From Promethearchaeum syntrophicum (lineage in GTDB: Archaea; Asgardarchaeota; Lokiarchaeia; Sigyniarchaeales; Promethearchaeaceae), in the NCBI RefSeq assembly GCF_008000775.2, contig NZ_CP042905.2:2820001-2852000 (forward strand): 32,000 bases of DNA, written 5' to 3'. Below, piece by piece: positions 17,707-28,051 of the stretch. A program made the position numbers and the translations under genes. How positions within the stretch are numbered: the first letter of the stretch is position 1; every line of letters starts with the position of its first letter. The notes under the pieces are model-generated. The model saw only the letters and a list, made by a program, of their open reading frames with translations, was not told the DNA's origin and ran no database searches.

Positions 17707-18705
17707 TTAAAAAGAATTTAAATCCAATTCATCTTCATCGTCTATTAGAATATCAGATAATTCAATTTCATTCACAATCTCCCTAATATTTTTAGGCATA
17801 CTTTTGAATTCCTCTGGGGAAATGTGAATTATGAGGTTGCTCTCAATTATTTTTTCAAATGATATAGTTTCCATTTCTCGATAATTTTGTTCTTCTTTGG
17901 GTTGTTCAGCTAGAGATTTTTTATTGTCATTTACCTCATCTATGACTTCTTCTTCTTCATCTTCTTCATATATACCCAATTTCTTCTTCAATTGCATATC
18001 ATTGTACAAAAAACATTCAAGAAGATCATCATAGAACATTATTGGAACCACGGCTTTTCGGTAGGTTTTATTTTCTAATTCATTCACAATGTCAAATTCA
18101 ACAATATCGGGAAAATAATGTTCCTTTTTGATTTTATACATTCGATCTTCCTTGATTTTACCCTTATAGTATAATTGAATAGTATTTTCGTCAATTCGTT
18201 TTTGACAGTAATCTATCATTGTCTTAATGTAAAGTAGAAGGGCTTGATCAGAATTTTGGGAATTCAAAAAATCAACATATGCATCCAAATAAGATTTCAG
18301 AATAAAAGTCATATCTCTTGAATAATCAGGAATTTGAGCGATTAGTGGTTTGGATTTCTCCCACCATTTTTGAATTTTGTCTTTAGTTAATTTCCGATGA
18401 ACTAATTCACGATATTTTTTTTTTGCGAAATATACGAGGTTTTGAAAAAAATGAGAATACAATTTATGATAATTATAAGTAATGACTTGCCCATTATATG
18501 TTTTCGAATATACATCTTCAGGAAAAATAGTTAATGTTGGTTCTCCATTGCTGATTTTATCAATTCTCATAGGTAAAGGCATAATAGGGTTTGATAACAT
18601 TTCACTTGGAAAAATATCAATAAAAAAAATCATGGGTGCACCATCACTACTTCGTGAAGGAATCTTTGATGGAATTTTTTTTGACGATGGTAATTTAGAA
18701 AACAT
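17707..18705 (-). CDS. Hypothetical protein with an acidic C-terminal region
   Basis: 332-aa ORF with EEDEEEEVIDEVND and DDEDELDLNSF; no recognised domain. The true start may be internal. Confidence 0.5.
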   Translation of the reverse strand: MFSKLPSSKKIPSKIPSRSSDGAPMIFFIDIFPSEMLSNPIMPLPMRIDKISNGEPTLTIFPEDVYSKTYNGQVITYNYHKLYSHFFQNLVYFAKKKYRELVHRKLTKDKIQKWWEKSKPLIAQIPDYSRDMTFILKSYLDAYVDFLNSQNSDQALLLYIKTMIDYCQKRIDENTIQLYYKGKIKEDRMYKIKKEHYFPDIVEFDIVNELENKTYRKAVVPIMFYDDLLECFLYNDMQLKKKLGIYEEDEEEEVIDEVNDNKKSLAEQPKEEQNYREMETISFEKIIESNLIIHISPEEFKSMPKNIREIVNEIELSDILIDDEDELDLNSF

Positions 18706-18920
18706 TCTTAATCTATCTATTATCTCACAGAATAAATTTCTTTCTTTTTTTAATTCTTAAGGTAATATTCCCGAATTACTAAAAATGATCAATTATATGA
18801 TAAACAATAGATGATGTTCCGTTAAAGGAAATTGAATTTTTTAAATTAGTAAAAAATCCATAGAAAATACCCTAAAACTTGTTTTACTTAATGTTTTCTG
18901 ATTAAAATAGAAGAAAAGAA

Positions 18921-18940
18921 CAGTCTTCAAGGTTATAAAC
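18921..18940 (+). repeat. Left terminal inverted repeat of IS
   Basis: cagtcttcaaggttataaac, 18/20 inverted match to 20378..20397. Confidence 0.85.
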
Positions 18941-19025
18941 TCGACGACAAAAAACGTCCCTAAGTCTAATCTATGAAAACTATAGAAGATATAAAGGGGA
19001 AAGGAGAATATTTATATGATTATTT

Positions 19026-20378
19026 ATGAATATTGCAAGGAGTCGTTCGATTCCCACATCGAAAACCCTTCCTTTCCCTAAAGATATATTTCTCCTAGGA
19101 GAATTTAAATCTTTGGTTAACAGTTTGGTCACTCGATTAGGAATCGCGAAAAGATTTAAGCCCAGGCTTTATTCATATGCAGATTTTGTGTTTGTTAAAT
19201 TTTATGCTCTAACAACTTCAATACCAATCGAAAGAGCTTCAGAACGCCTTAATAAATGGCTGATATTCCAATATTTCAAGAAATACAAGTTAAAACCAAA
19301 AAATTTTCAAGACGGAGTTCGTAAACGGCGCTTAGTACCACATCAAACCGATGTTGATAAATTTTTCAGATTGTTATCTGAAAAAGAAGTCAATATGTTG
19401 TTCGGAAATCTATTAATGAACGTTGTACTGAAGGTTAAAGCTAGATGTATCGGAGGATCAAAACTCAGATTCTTAGTTGACAACACTGAATATGCATATT
19501 ATGGCAAGCCCAACTCGCTTTTTGAAATTGGAACCAATCGAAAACCAGGAACTCGGTTCTGTCGCATGTTTCAAGGGCATGCACTTCACGGATCTGGAAT
19601 GACATTGTTTACTGATTTCTATTTACTTCAAAAAGGGAAATATCGTTGTCTTAACATCCCTCATTCGGTAGAATGGATAAGGTGGTCGGGAATTAATCTT
19701 TCCTATTCTCTCATGGATAGAGAATTTTACCGCGCCGCCTTAATCAAAGATCTTAAAACCTGTAAACTTCCAGTTCTTATTCCCGCGAAGAAATATCCCG
19801 GAATTAAAAGAAAAATCAAAGATTTCTTGCTCGGAATAGGTCCATTGGTATCAGTTTATCACTTTTCACAAACCCAAAAGGTAAAACCATGGCCGAGTTC
19901 GGTTCATGTGAATTTTGTCGTTATTGGCCATAAAAATGTATTAGCAACCGAAATACGGCGCCAATTCAGACAAGGTATTTTAACGTTCGATGAAGCAATA
20001 AAACAGTTAGCAGGGTTCTTTACAACTCTCAAACCTTGGAAAAATCATTCACGATGGGCTAAATGGCTTTCACGAGCATATAAAAAAAGATGGAATGAAG
20101 AGACGGGGTTCAGTAAGTTGAATGATATTCACAAAAGTTTCCGGAATCATTATCCGAATGTGCAATTATCTCAGCTCTATATGAGAGCAATAATTTATAA
20201 CAATTGGCAATATTTCAAAAGAGAAGCAGAAAAATCAGGAATTAAAGCCTCAAAGAGAACTTTAGCTGTGTTTTTAGAGATATTAGAATGGAGGATCTAT
20301 AATCTAATTGAACAATCAGTGAGTTATAATTTAAAATATTTACAGAAAAAAAGAAGGAGGTTATATTTTGAAAGTTAA
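19026..20378 (+). CDS. DDE transposase (IS4-superfamily-like)
   Basis: 450 aa with candidate catalytic residues in FLVDNTEYAYYGKP (D), SLMDREFYRAAL (D) and KRWNEETGFSKLN (E). Confidence 0.85.
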   Translation: MNIARSRSIPTSKTLPFPKDIFLLGEFKSLVNSLVTRLGIAKRFKPRLYSYADFVFVKFYALTTSIPIERASERLNKWLIFQYFKKYKLKPKNFQDGVRKRRLVPHQTDVDKFFRLLSEKEVNMLFGNLLMNVVLKVKARCIGGSKLRFLVDNTEYAYYGKPNSLFEIGTNRKPGTRFCRMFQGHALHGSGMTLFTDFYLLQKGKYRCLNIPHSVEWIRWSGINLSYSLMDREFYRAALIKDLKTCKLPVLIPAKKYPGIKRKIKDFLLGIGPLVSVYHFSQTQKVKPWPSSVHVNFVVIGHKNVLATEIRRQFRQGILTFDEAIKQLAGFFTTLKPWKNHSRWAKWLSRAYKKRWNEETGFSKLNDIHKSFRNHYPNVQLSQLYMRAIIYNNWQYFKREAEKSGIKASKRTLAVFLEILEWRIYNLIEQSVSYNLKYLQKKRRRLYFES

Positions 20379-20397
20379 TTTATAACCTTAAAGACTG
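20378..20397 (-). repeat. Right terminal inverted repeat of IS
   Basis: atttataaccttaaagactg region, inverted match to the left end. Confidence 0.85.
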
Positions 20398-20411
20398 AAA
20401 AGAAAAAAAGA

Positions 20412-21434
20412 TTATGCCTTTGATCGGGGATCAAGGGCATCTCGTAGTCCATCCCCTAATAACATAAATCCTAATACGGCTAGCATAACCATAAATCCTG
20501 GCCAGATTGCAGCCCATGGGGCATCCATTAATTTAATTCTGTTAGTATTGATGTCAGCACCCCATTCAACTAACCCAGAGGGTCCAAAGCCAAGAAAAGA
20601 TAAAGCAGCAAAACCAAGAATAGTTCCTCCTAAATCAAAGGTCACCGAAATAATTATCGGAGTCATAGCGTTAGGTAAAATATGTCGAAACATCACTCTA
20701 CCTGGTTTAGCACCAGACACTAATGCCGCTTCAACATATATCTTTTCCTTTTCCTGTAAAACTGAACTGCGAACTAACCTAGAATAAAAGGGTATGCCTA
20801 AAATTCCGAAGACATACATAATCATTTCAATATCTTGTTGCCCAAATGAGGCAATTATCAAAATTAACAAAATTAAGCTTGGAAATGCCATAATAATATC
20901 TGCTGCCCGCATTATTATGGAATCCGTTATTCCTCCGGTATATGCGGAGAATACTCCAATAATTACTCCAATTGTTACACTTATTACAATAGCTCCTAAT
21001 CCAAGCGTCAATGATACCCTTCCTCCCCACATTAATCTTCCAAATACATCCTGACCGAATTCTGTCGTGCCTAAAATGTGTTGCGCATCTGGGGGTTGAT
21101 ATTCTGATCGAGTCATATCAATACCCTGAAGTTCTGTCATTGTATATGGCGAGAGCCAAGCGGCAAAAACTGCAAAAGTAACAATTGCTACTAGTATTAT
21201 TATTCCCACATAAGTTAAAGGAGATTTAATTCTTCGTAATAAACTTCGTTTACTCTTATATTTGTTCAAAACAAACTTTCGTAACTTCAACGTTTCATCA
21301 ATTTCATTTCTTTTAAACAGATATTTTAAATAATGTGGAGTAATTAACTCGCTAAATTGATTTTCAAACGTTAATTCTTTTTCTAAATCAATAGATTCAG
21401 CCTTTTCTATTTCTGCGTATGTAATTTCACTCAT
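20412..21434 (-). CDS. Peptide-type ABC transporter permease (DppC/OppC family)
   Basis: QHILGTTEFGQDVFGRLMWGGRVSL, EKIYVEAALVSGAKPGRVMFRHILPNAMTPIIISVT, LGFAALSFLGFG. Confidence 0.95.
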   Translation of the reverse strand: MSEITYAEIEKAESIDLEKELTFENQFSELITPHYLKYLFKRNEIDETLKLRKFVLNKYKSKRSLLRRIKSPLTYVGIIILVAIVTFAVFAAWLSPYTMTELQGIDMTRSEYQPPDAQHILGTTEFGQDVFGRLMWGGRVSLTLGLGAIVISVTIGVIIGVFSAYTGGITDSIIMRAADIIMAFPSLILLILIIASFGQQDIEMIMYVFGILGIPFYSRLVRSSVLQEKEKIYVEAALVSGAKPGRVMFRHILPNAMTPIIISVTFDLGGTILGFAALSFLGFGPSGLVEWGADINTNRIKLMDAPWAAIWPGFMVMLAVLGFMLLGDGLRDALDPRSKA

Positions 21435-21458
21435 AATAATTCATCTTCCTTGTTCATT

Positions 21459-22475
21459 TTAATATCTAATTCGTGGGTCCATTATCCCATAGAGAATATC
21501 GCTAACTAAATTAGCGGTCATAAAGATTCCAGTGGTTAATAGTACGAGAGCATTAATTACAAAATAATCCCGATTTTGTATTGCACCAATCATTAGACTC
21601 CCAAAACCATCAAGGGCAAATGTGGTTTCTGTAAGCACTGCACCACCTAATAATCCCCCTATTCTAATCCCAATTATTGTAATTGTGGGGATCATGGCGT
21701 TTTTCAAAGCGTGTTTATTAATTACATCCTTTTCTTTACATCCCTTTGCTCTTGCTGATCGAATATAATCTAATTCTAAAACTTCAAGCATACTTGATCG
21801 AGTTTGACGAGTAATTGAAGCTAAACCGACAAAAGCTAAACAAAATACAGGTAAAATCATATGCCAGATTATATCCAATAAAATATCGAATCTCCCCATA
21901 AGTATCGAATCTATCGTATGGAACCCAGTTACTTTAATAAGTGCTATATTATAATATGGGGAAATTCCATGGATAGTTGGAAAGAGGCTAAGTTCTAATG
22001 CAAAAAGATATTTCAATACCATCCCTAACCAGAATATTGGAATTGATACACCAAGAAGAGCAATAAAACGTACAATAGTGTCTTTTGGGTTGTTTTTATT
22101 GACTGAAGAAAATACTCCCGCTCTAATTCCAATACTTATTGCAAAAATTTGTGAAAGTACTGCGAGTTCGATTGTTAAAGGGGCTTTTTGCCAGATATAA
22201 GTCCATACTGGAATTCCCTCTGCTAAAGATATTGAATTCCCCCAGTCTCCTTGCAGTATTCTACCTAAATACATCCAAAGTTGAATGTATATGGGTTCAT
22301 TTAACCCAAGTGCATCTTCAGCAATTCCTGCTGTTACATAATTTATCTTCGTTCCCTCTTGGTTAAAAGGACTCCCAGGTAATTGTAAAGATAATACAAA
22401 TGTGAGCAGTAACACTCCAATTAAAATTGGAATCATTGCTAAAATTCTTCTTGTTACATAACTTATTAAACTCAT
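21459..22475 (-). CDS. Peptide-type ABC transporter permease (DppB/OppB family)
   Basis: MSLISYVTRRILAMIPILIGVLLLTF, DYIRSARAKGCKEKDVINKHALKNAMIPTITIIGI, LLGGAVLTETTFALDGFG. Confidence 0.95.
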   Translation of the reverse strand: MSLISYVTRRILAMIPILIGVLLLTFVLSLQLPGSPFNQEGTKINYVTAGIAEDALGLNEPIYIQLWMYLGRILQGDWGNSISLAEGIPVWTYIWQKAPLTIELAVLSQIFAISIGIRAGVFSSVNKNNPKDTIVRFIALLGVSIPIFWLGMVLKYLFALELSLFPTIHGISPYYNIALIKVTGFHTIDSILMGRFDILLDIIWHMILPVFCLAFVGLASITRQTRSSMLEVLELDYIRSARAKGCKEKDVINKHALKNAMIPTITIIGIRIGGLLGGAVLTETTFALDGFGSLMIGAIQNRDYFVINALVLLTTGIFMTANLVSDILYGIMDPRIRY

Positions 22476-22975
22476 TCTACAATCATCCTCTTCTTTGATC
22501 TATACTCTAACATTTTGATTTTTAAAAAACCTCCTAGAATTGCTGATCCAACTGTAATAATGAGTAGAATAACAATATTTACATATCCTTCCCATGAGAG
22601 GAAATAGTCTCGAAAAGGATATAAAATTCTCCATATCAAATCCACATCAAAATTACCTAATCCGTTAATTAAATGCCATATAATAGAAGAAATTAATATA
22701 AAAGGAACTATTCTTAGGCAATTTTTTACTCCATCTACTAATAAATCTTCAGAAAAAGCAACACCACATAAAATTATTATCAATATAAATATGGTATACC
22801 ATGAACTAGCGCTAAAAAAACTCTTAAAAACAAATAGCACTTTATCGTCGACATCTTTTCCATAAATATTAGCGATGGCCCCAAAAAAGAAAAAATGAAT
22901 CACCAATAAGGAAATAATAAATCTCCCCGTTTTTGTTTTATCTACCATTTTTTTCTTTATATTTGAAGTTTCCAT
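22472..22975 (-). CDS. Polytopic membrane protein, translationally overlapping with the DppB-like gene
   Basis: 167 aa with about four hydrophobic segments; 4-nt overlap with the downstream permease gene. Confidence 0.65.
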   Translation of the reverse strand: METSNIKKKMVDKTKTGRFIISLLVIHFFFFGAIANIYGKDVDDKVLFVFKSFFSASSWYTIFILIIILCGVAFSEDLLVDGVKNCLRIVPFILISSIIWHLINGLGNFDVDLIWRILYPFRDYFLSWEGYVNIVILLIITVGSAILGGFLKIKMLEYRSKKRMIVE

Positions 22976-24012
22976 TTTAATCGCGTAAATCCGTTAATAT
23001 AATTTTAAGACAATTTTTATTCCTATAAAAAATTATGTAAACAAAAAAAATAGATTAAGCAAATCCTCATTTGATTATAAAAATATTTATATATTATTTT
23101 ATATTTAAAAATACTCATTATTGAAAGACATTATACGCGCTATTTTAATTTTAAAATAACCTTTTGTCTTTTTTCTTGACTTTGTCATTAATCTGTTAAT
23201 TTGACTATTCAAATTTTGTACAATTCCGCCTTTTAGTTTATTAAATTGATGGATAGGAAACACTAATTAAAGGATGTGACCTATGGAGATACGATTAGTC
23301 ATCAAATTAAGAGATAATGAAATTTTTCATTTTTTTAGAATCGTTCGAAATACTTATTATCAATATCGAAAATTTCTTTCGATCTCGGAATAGGATAAAA
23401 ACTTCAAGGAGAGAGTTGATCAAGTTCTTAAATTATTGAAATATCCTGCAGTTCTTAAGGTTAAATGGTTCAAGGCACCTGTTTAAAAATCGTCTTTCAC
23501 ATTAAAAAGACAGAATTCAGGGTGAGAAAATATAAAAAATATTTATTTCATATTCGATATTTTCATTCTGAGAAATTTCAAAAAATGATTTATTGGAGAA
23601 TGTTTGGGTATGTTTTGGGATCTTATTTTAATGAACAAAATTATCATTAATAAAAGCATACAAAATTACTATCACTACCAAGAAATATGGATTGAAATTA
23701 TAGATTGTGTATCTCTAAGATTTTAATACTACATTTTAGTTTTTGTTTTACTTAATCAATGCTATTTCGGTCCATATTAGAATTCATAACCATCCATCTA
23801 GTCTGATTAGTTTTTTCATTTGGCAAATCAAAAAATTCATGATTTTTGCTTGAAAAAAAAAATCTTGATGTTTTCAAAGTAAGAACCCTTTTATAAACCT
23901 TCAATCATATTAATAAAAATTTTGAAAATATTTATTAACTAGGTTGATTAAGATTTTATTACCCGATATAAAAAAAAGCGTTTTAATTTATAAAAGGGTA
24001 AAGGTAATAAAA

Positions 24013-25794
24013 ATGAAAAAATCTAAAGTTATAATATCCGTAATTGTGATGTTATCCCTTATGTCTATTTATATACCAAATGTAATGGCTGAAGAAGAAG
24101 ATTCTAAATTCATGCCTTTTACAGTTGGTGTTTCGGATACTCCACAAAATGTTGATCCTGCAAATGCTTATGATAGTGTATCATATGATACATTAAACCA
24201 AGTATATGAAGGATTATACACCTATAACCTTTCTTCTCCTGCAATGGAATCTATTCCGTTGTTGGCTAAAGAAATGGGAAACTGGTCAGCAGATAATTTG
24301 AATTTAACCATTGCTCTTCGAGAAGATGTACTTTTCCATGATAATACTACATTTAATGCAACAGATGTCAAATGGAATTTCGATCGAATTTTCTACTTTG
24401 CCGAAGAACAAAGGAGTGATCCATATACTTTGTATTATAATGGAGAAAAATGGGGCGATGGTACTCCACAACTAATTGTTAATGAAACAATAATTGTAGA
24501 TGAATTTACAATCAAGTTCGTCTTAAATAAAGCATTCGGAATTTGGGATAAAATGTTAGCTTTCACCGGCTCCAGTATAATTAAACCAAATCCTGCATTT
24601 GAAAAAGAATTCTTGACCCTCAGTGATCCAGCAGTCGGAACTGGTCCATTTAAATTAACAGCAGTAGAACCAGACCAATATGTTACAATGGAGAAATTTG
24701 ATGATTATTATAGTGGTCCTGCAAACATTTCTAAAATTTATTACTCAGTAATTAAAGATGGTGAAGTTGCTTCCACAGCAATGTTGAACCATGAATTACA
24801 TTATGGTGGAGTTTTGGCAGAACATTTAGCCGAAGCAGAAGCAGATCCTGATATTACCATTGAACGAGTAAAAACCACTGTTGTATTTTATTTACAATTG
24901 GGGTATCACACACTCCCTCATGCAGTACGTAAAGCAATGCAATTTGGATGGAACTATACTTACTACCTTGAAGAAACCCTCCAAGGTGAAGCTTATGAAT
25001 TACACACACCAATTCCAGATGGAATGGAATTTTACAATCCGGATATTGAAGGATTACCTTATTATAATAAAACAATGGCTCGACAATTCTTGATTGATGA
25101 CCAAAGTGAATTAGAAAACCCTGTCCCTGCTGGTTTGACCGCAACTAGTCCAGATTCAGAATGGGAAGCAGTCGCTACTGGAGATAATCCTCTATTTACA
25201 TCTAACTTCACTCGATATACCTCAACCGGTCTTGAAAAAATTAAGACACAATTAATCGACAACTATGCAGACATTGGTATTAAAGTAGTAGATTGGCATA
25301 TTGGTGATTGGGGTACTTGGACAGAATGGAGTCAAACACCTGGAAACAAAGCTTTATTAGATATTTCAATGGGTGGGTGGGGTCCTGATTATAATGACGC
25401 CATTAACATGATTGAACCTATCTTCAAAACAAATGCAACCTACAATACTGCTCAAATTAATGAAACAGATCTCGATGATTTGATGGACGCAAATTTTGGA
25501 ATAACTGATACAGCTCTACGTCAAGCATCATTCGATGAAATTGTTACTAAACTTATTGTTGATTATGCCCCATGTTTCTATATTTACCAACGTGGTGGAC
25601 GTGAAGTCTATAACAATAAATATGTGAGCAATATCCAAGATATGTTAAACGTATTTGACAACACATATTGGTATAATGTAGAATATATCCCACAACCTGT
25701 TCCTGGAATTCCTGGATTCACTTTAGGATATATGTTAATTGCATGTTTAGGTGCAGTTTCTTTAGTCATTTTTGCCGTAAAGAAACGACATTAA
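24013..25794 (+). CDS. ABC transporter substrate-binding protein (DppA/OppA, SBP family 5) with C-terminal membrane anchor
   Basis: Signal peptide MKKSKVIISVIVMLSLMSIYIPNVMA; NVDPANAYDSVSYDTLNQVYEGLYTY; DVKWNFDRIFYF; GTGPFKLTAVEPDQYVTMEKFDDYY; C-terminal PGFTLGYMLIACLGAVSLVIFAVKKRH. Confidence 0.93.
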   Translation: MKKSKVIISVIVMLSLMSIYIPNVMAEEEDSKFMPFTVGVSDTPQNVDPANAYDSVSYDTLNQVYEGLYTYNLSSPAMESIPLLAKEMGNWSADNLNLTIALREDVLFHDNTTFNATDVKWNFDRIFYFAEEQRSDPYTLYYNGEKWGDGTPQLIVNETIIVDEFTIKFVLNKAFGIWDKMLAFTGSSIIKPNPAFEKEFLTLSDPAVGTGPFKLTAVEPDQYVTMEKFDDYYSGPANISKIYYSVIKDGEVASTAMLNHELHYGGVLAEHLAEAEADPDITIERVKTTVVFYLQLGYHTLPHAVRKAMQFGWNYTYYLEETLQGEAYELHTPIPDGMEFYNPDIEGLPYYNKTMARQFLIDDQSELENPVPAGLTATSPDSEWEAVATGDNPLFTSNFTRYTSTGLEKIKTQLIDNYADIGIKVVDWHIGDWGTWTEWSQTPGNKALLDISMGGWGPDYNDAINMIEPIFKTNATYNTAQINETDLDDLMDANFGITDTALRQASFDEIVTKLIVDYAPCFYIYQRGGREVYNNKYVSNIQDMLNVFDNTYWYNVEYIPQPVPGIPGFTLGYMLIACLGAVSLVIFAVKKRH

Positions 25795-25807
25795 ATTGAA
25801 TATTAAT

Positions 25808-27739
25808 ATGGTAAGAACAATGCGGAAATTTAAACTAAAAAAAATTTCTGCAAATTTTTTTCTTTTTATTTTCTTAACTTGTTTAATCATTACCCAACTT
25901 GTTTCTTTTTACGGTTTTGAACAAAAAGAGAAAATCCTTCTAGATGTGAATTTTAGTACATTAGATGACACCGGGAATCAAATAGATAATAATTATCAAA
26001 AATCAATCAATATTCATTATCCAAGTAGATATGACTATAGCGATCTAAAATCACCTATAGTTATATTAATTCATGGAGATTTTGTCGATGCCAAAGCATT
26101 TAATTTATTAAAAAAACAATATATCGCCAATGGGTTTATAGTAGTAACACAAGATTTTGATTTTTCAATATCCACTTTCATAGAATTAAATGAAACTATC
26201 AATTATCTTCAGGAAGAACAAAGTCTGGATGGTCATGAAATGGGGGTAGTAGGGCATTCTCATGGGTCACATTTCGCCTTCTTTATGAGTGTTATTCGAT
26301 CAGATGTTATAAAATTTACAATTTGCGCCAATTTTGGGAGCCGATCGCACATCTATAGCGATTTTTATCCATATTATCAAAATTTTATAGTAAATACAAC
26401 TTCTTATGATAATTTTCGGGACTATGAGAGCAATTATCAATTTTCTCTTTCAGAATCGACACCAGCAAATCTCCTTGTGACAACTGATGCATTAGATCCA
26501 AATTATATACATTATAGCCAAATAAACCAAAGTGCTTTGAATTTTTGGAATATTGACCAAGAAAATGTTTCCTATGGAAATTTTGAACTTGGTTCTGCAA
26601 AATTATTCAAATTGTATGAAAGTGGTTTTATACATACATCTGGATTATATCATCCAGCAACCATAGCAAAACAAATTGAATGGATCTCCGATTCTACCGC
26701 TTATGATTATGGGAAAGATCATTCTCAAAATCTATGGGATTTTCGATTGGATATGATTTTAGTTCTTCTAATTATTATTATTAGTATCCAACAATTTAGG
26801 GTAATACTAAATCTGATTTTCCATAATAAACATCTAGTACGTCAAATGAAAAAGGATTTAGGGATATATCAGAAATTATATTATCAGAAATCAGAACTGG
26901 ATCTAATTTTTAAAAGTAAACTAAATTTAAATCAATCAATAGAATCAGATAATGTGGATCCTGCTGATTTTAATCACCTTATAAATTTTCGGATGAAAAT
27001 TAATTTCAAATACACATTAATCATGATAATGACGATCACACTGCTATTAAATGGAATAATTTTATTTTTTAGTCCAGAATTGTCAATTATCTATTACCCT
27101 CCCATTTTTAATTGGATTCCAGAATTGATTTCAAATTTTACCGTTTTTCTTTCAGAAATGCTCTTTTTTGAACCACTTTCTTTCAATTTTATGTATTTTT
27201 GGGTTATTGTGATCATTTTTGTTCGAAGTACTTCGATACCTAGTCTTTTAGAGGTTCAACTTAAGAAATTAAATTGGAAAAGCATCGGTTTGATTATATT
27301 AATTTTCTTTCAATTGTTTGTGAGCTTCTGGTTTCTTTTCTATTTTGCCATATATCAATGGATTGGTTTAAATCCAAATTTGTCAATTTTAAATATTGTA
27401 TTGCGGTATATGGTTATCTTTTATCTAAATCACTTAGCTTGGGAATTTTTTAGTTCAATGAAACAAAAAAGCGAAACGAAATTACAGGAACTTCTCTTGA
27501 TATTTCAAGTATTTTTATTTAATGTTGTCTTGTTTTTTCCAATCTATTTTCCACAGATATCAACTTTATCGATATTTATCAGATATTTTTCCTTGTTTAT
27601 TTTTCCTTTACTATTAATTCCCGTATTCAATACATTATTGTTGTATAAAGGAAAATCTATTAATTTCATCACATTTGTTGATTATTTTATTCTAATATTT
27701 AGAAGAATATTACTCTCCTCTTTTATAATTGTTTTGTAG
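25808..27739 (+). CDS. Alpha/beta-hydrolase-like domain fused to a polytopic membrane domain
   Basis: N-terminal TM; PIVILIHGDFVDAKAFNLL and nucleophile-elbow-like VVGHSHGSH; multiple C-terminal hydrophobic segments. Confidence 0.7.
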   Translation: MVRTMRKFKLKKISANFFLFIFLTCLIITQLVSFYGFEQKEKILLDVNFSTLDDTGNQIDNNYQKSINIHYPSRYDYSDLKSPIVILIHGDFVDAKAFNLLKKQYIANGFIVVTQDFDFSISTFIELNETINYLQEEQSLDGHEMGVVGHSHGSHFAFFMSVIRSDVIKFTICANFGSRSHIYSDFYPYYQNFIVNTTSYDNFRDYESNYQFSLSESTPANLLVTTDALDPNYIHYSQINQSALNFWNIDQENVSYGNFELGSAKLFKLYESGFIHTSGLYHPATIAKQIEWISDSTAYDYGKDHSQNLWDFRLDMILVLLIIIISIQQFRVILNLIFHNKHLVRQMKKDLGIYQKLYYQKSELDLIFKSKLNLNQSIESDNVDPADFNHLINFRMKINFKYTLIMIMTITLLLNGIILFFSPELSIIYYPPIFNWIPELISNFTVFLSEMLFFEPLSFNFMYFWVIVIIFVRSTSIPSLLEVQLKKLNWKSIGLIILIFFQLFVSFWFLFYFAIYQWIGLNPNLSILNIVLRYMVIFYLNHLAWEFFSSMKQKSETKLQELLLIFQVFLFNVVLFFPIYFPQISTLSIFIRYFSLFIFPLLLIPVFNTLLLYKGKSINFITFVDYFILIFRRILLSSFIIVL

Positions 27740-28051
27740 TTTATTTTTCATTCATATATTATTTTCTTCTAAAATTTAACCAATTTAGATGAAATTGAGA
27801 AATAAGATAATAAGTTTGATGTTATGATTATTTTATAGAGAGACTATGAATATTATTTGAATGGAATTTCAATTCAGTAAAAAAAAAAACACGAATTTGA
27901 CTATAAACAATCAATTCCAAAAGTTGCTAGAAACAAAATTCATTCTAAGTTAAATTTGAAAAAGAAAAATTGACCCAAGTTTAAATATACATCATGGTAT
28001 TAGTCTGGTAGGATATACTTTTATTTTAAGCATATATCTTGATTCCAAAAT

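Larger units (their letters stand above)
18921..20397 (+). mobile_element. Complete IS element (IS4-superfamily-like), TIR-bounded, about 1477 bp
   Basis: Left end cagtcttcaaggttataaac and right end (rc) cagtctttaaggttataaat match at 18/20. They enclose a full-length DDE transposase and are flanked by aaaagaa on both sides. Confidence 0.88.

Noticed and set aside
20548-21054. ORFs 20548..20787 (+), 20794..21054 (+) and 20827..21030 (-)
   Set aside because: Alternative-frame or antisense ORFs within the strongly supported DppC-like gene.
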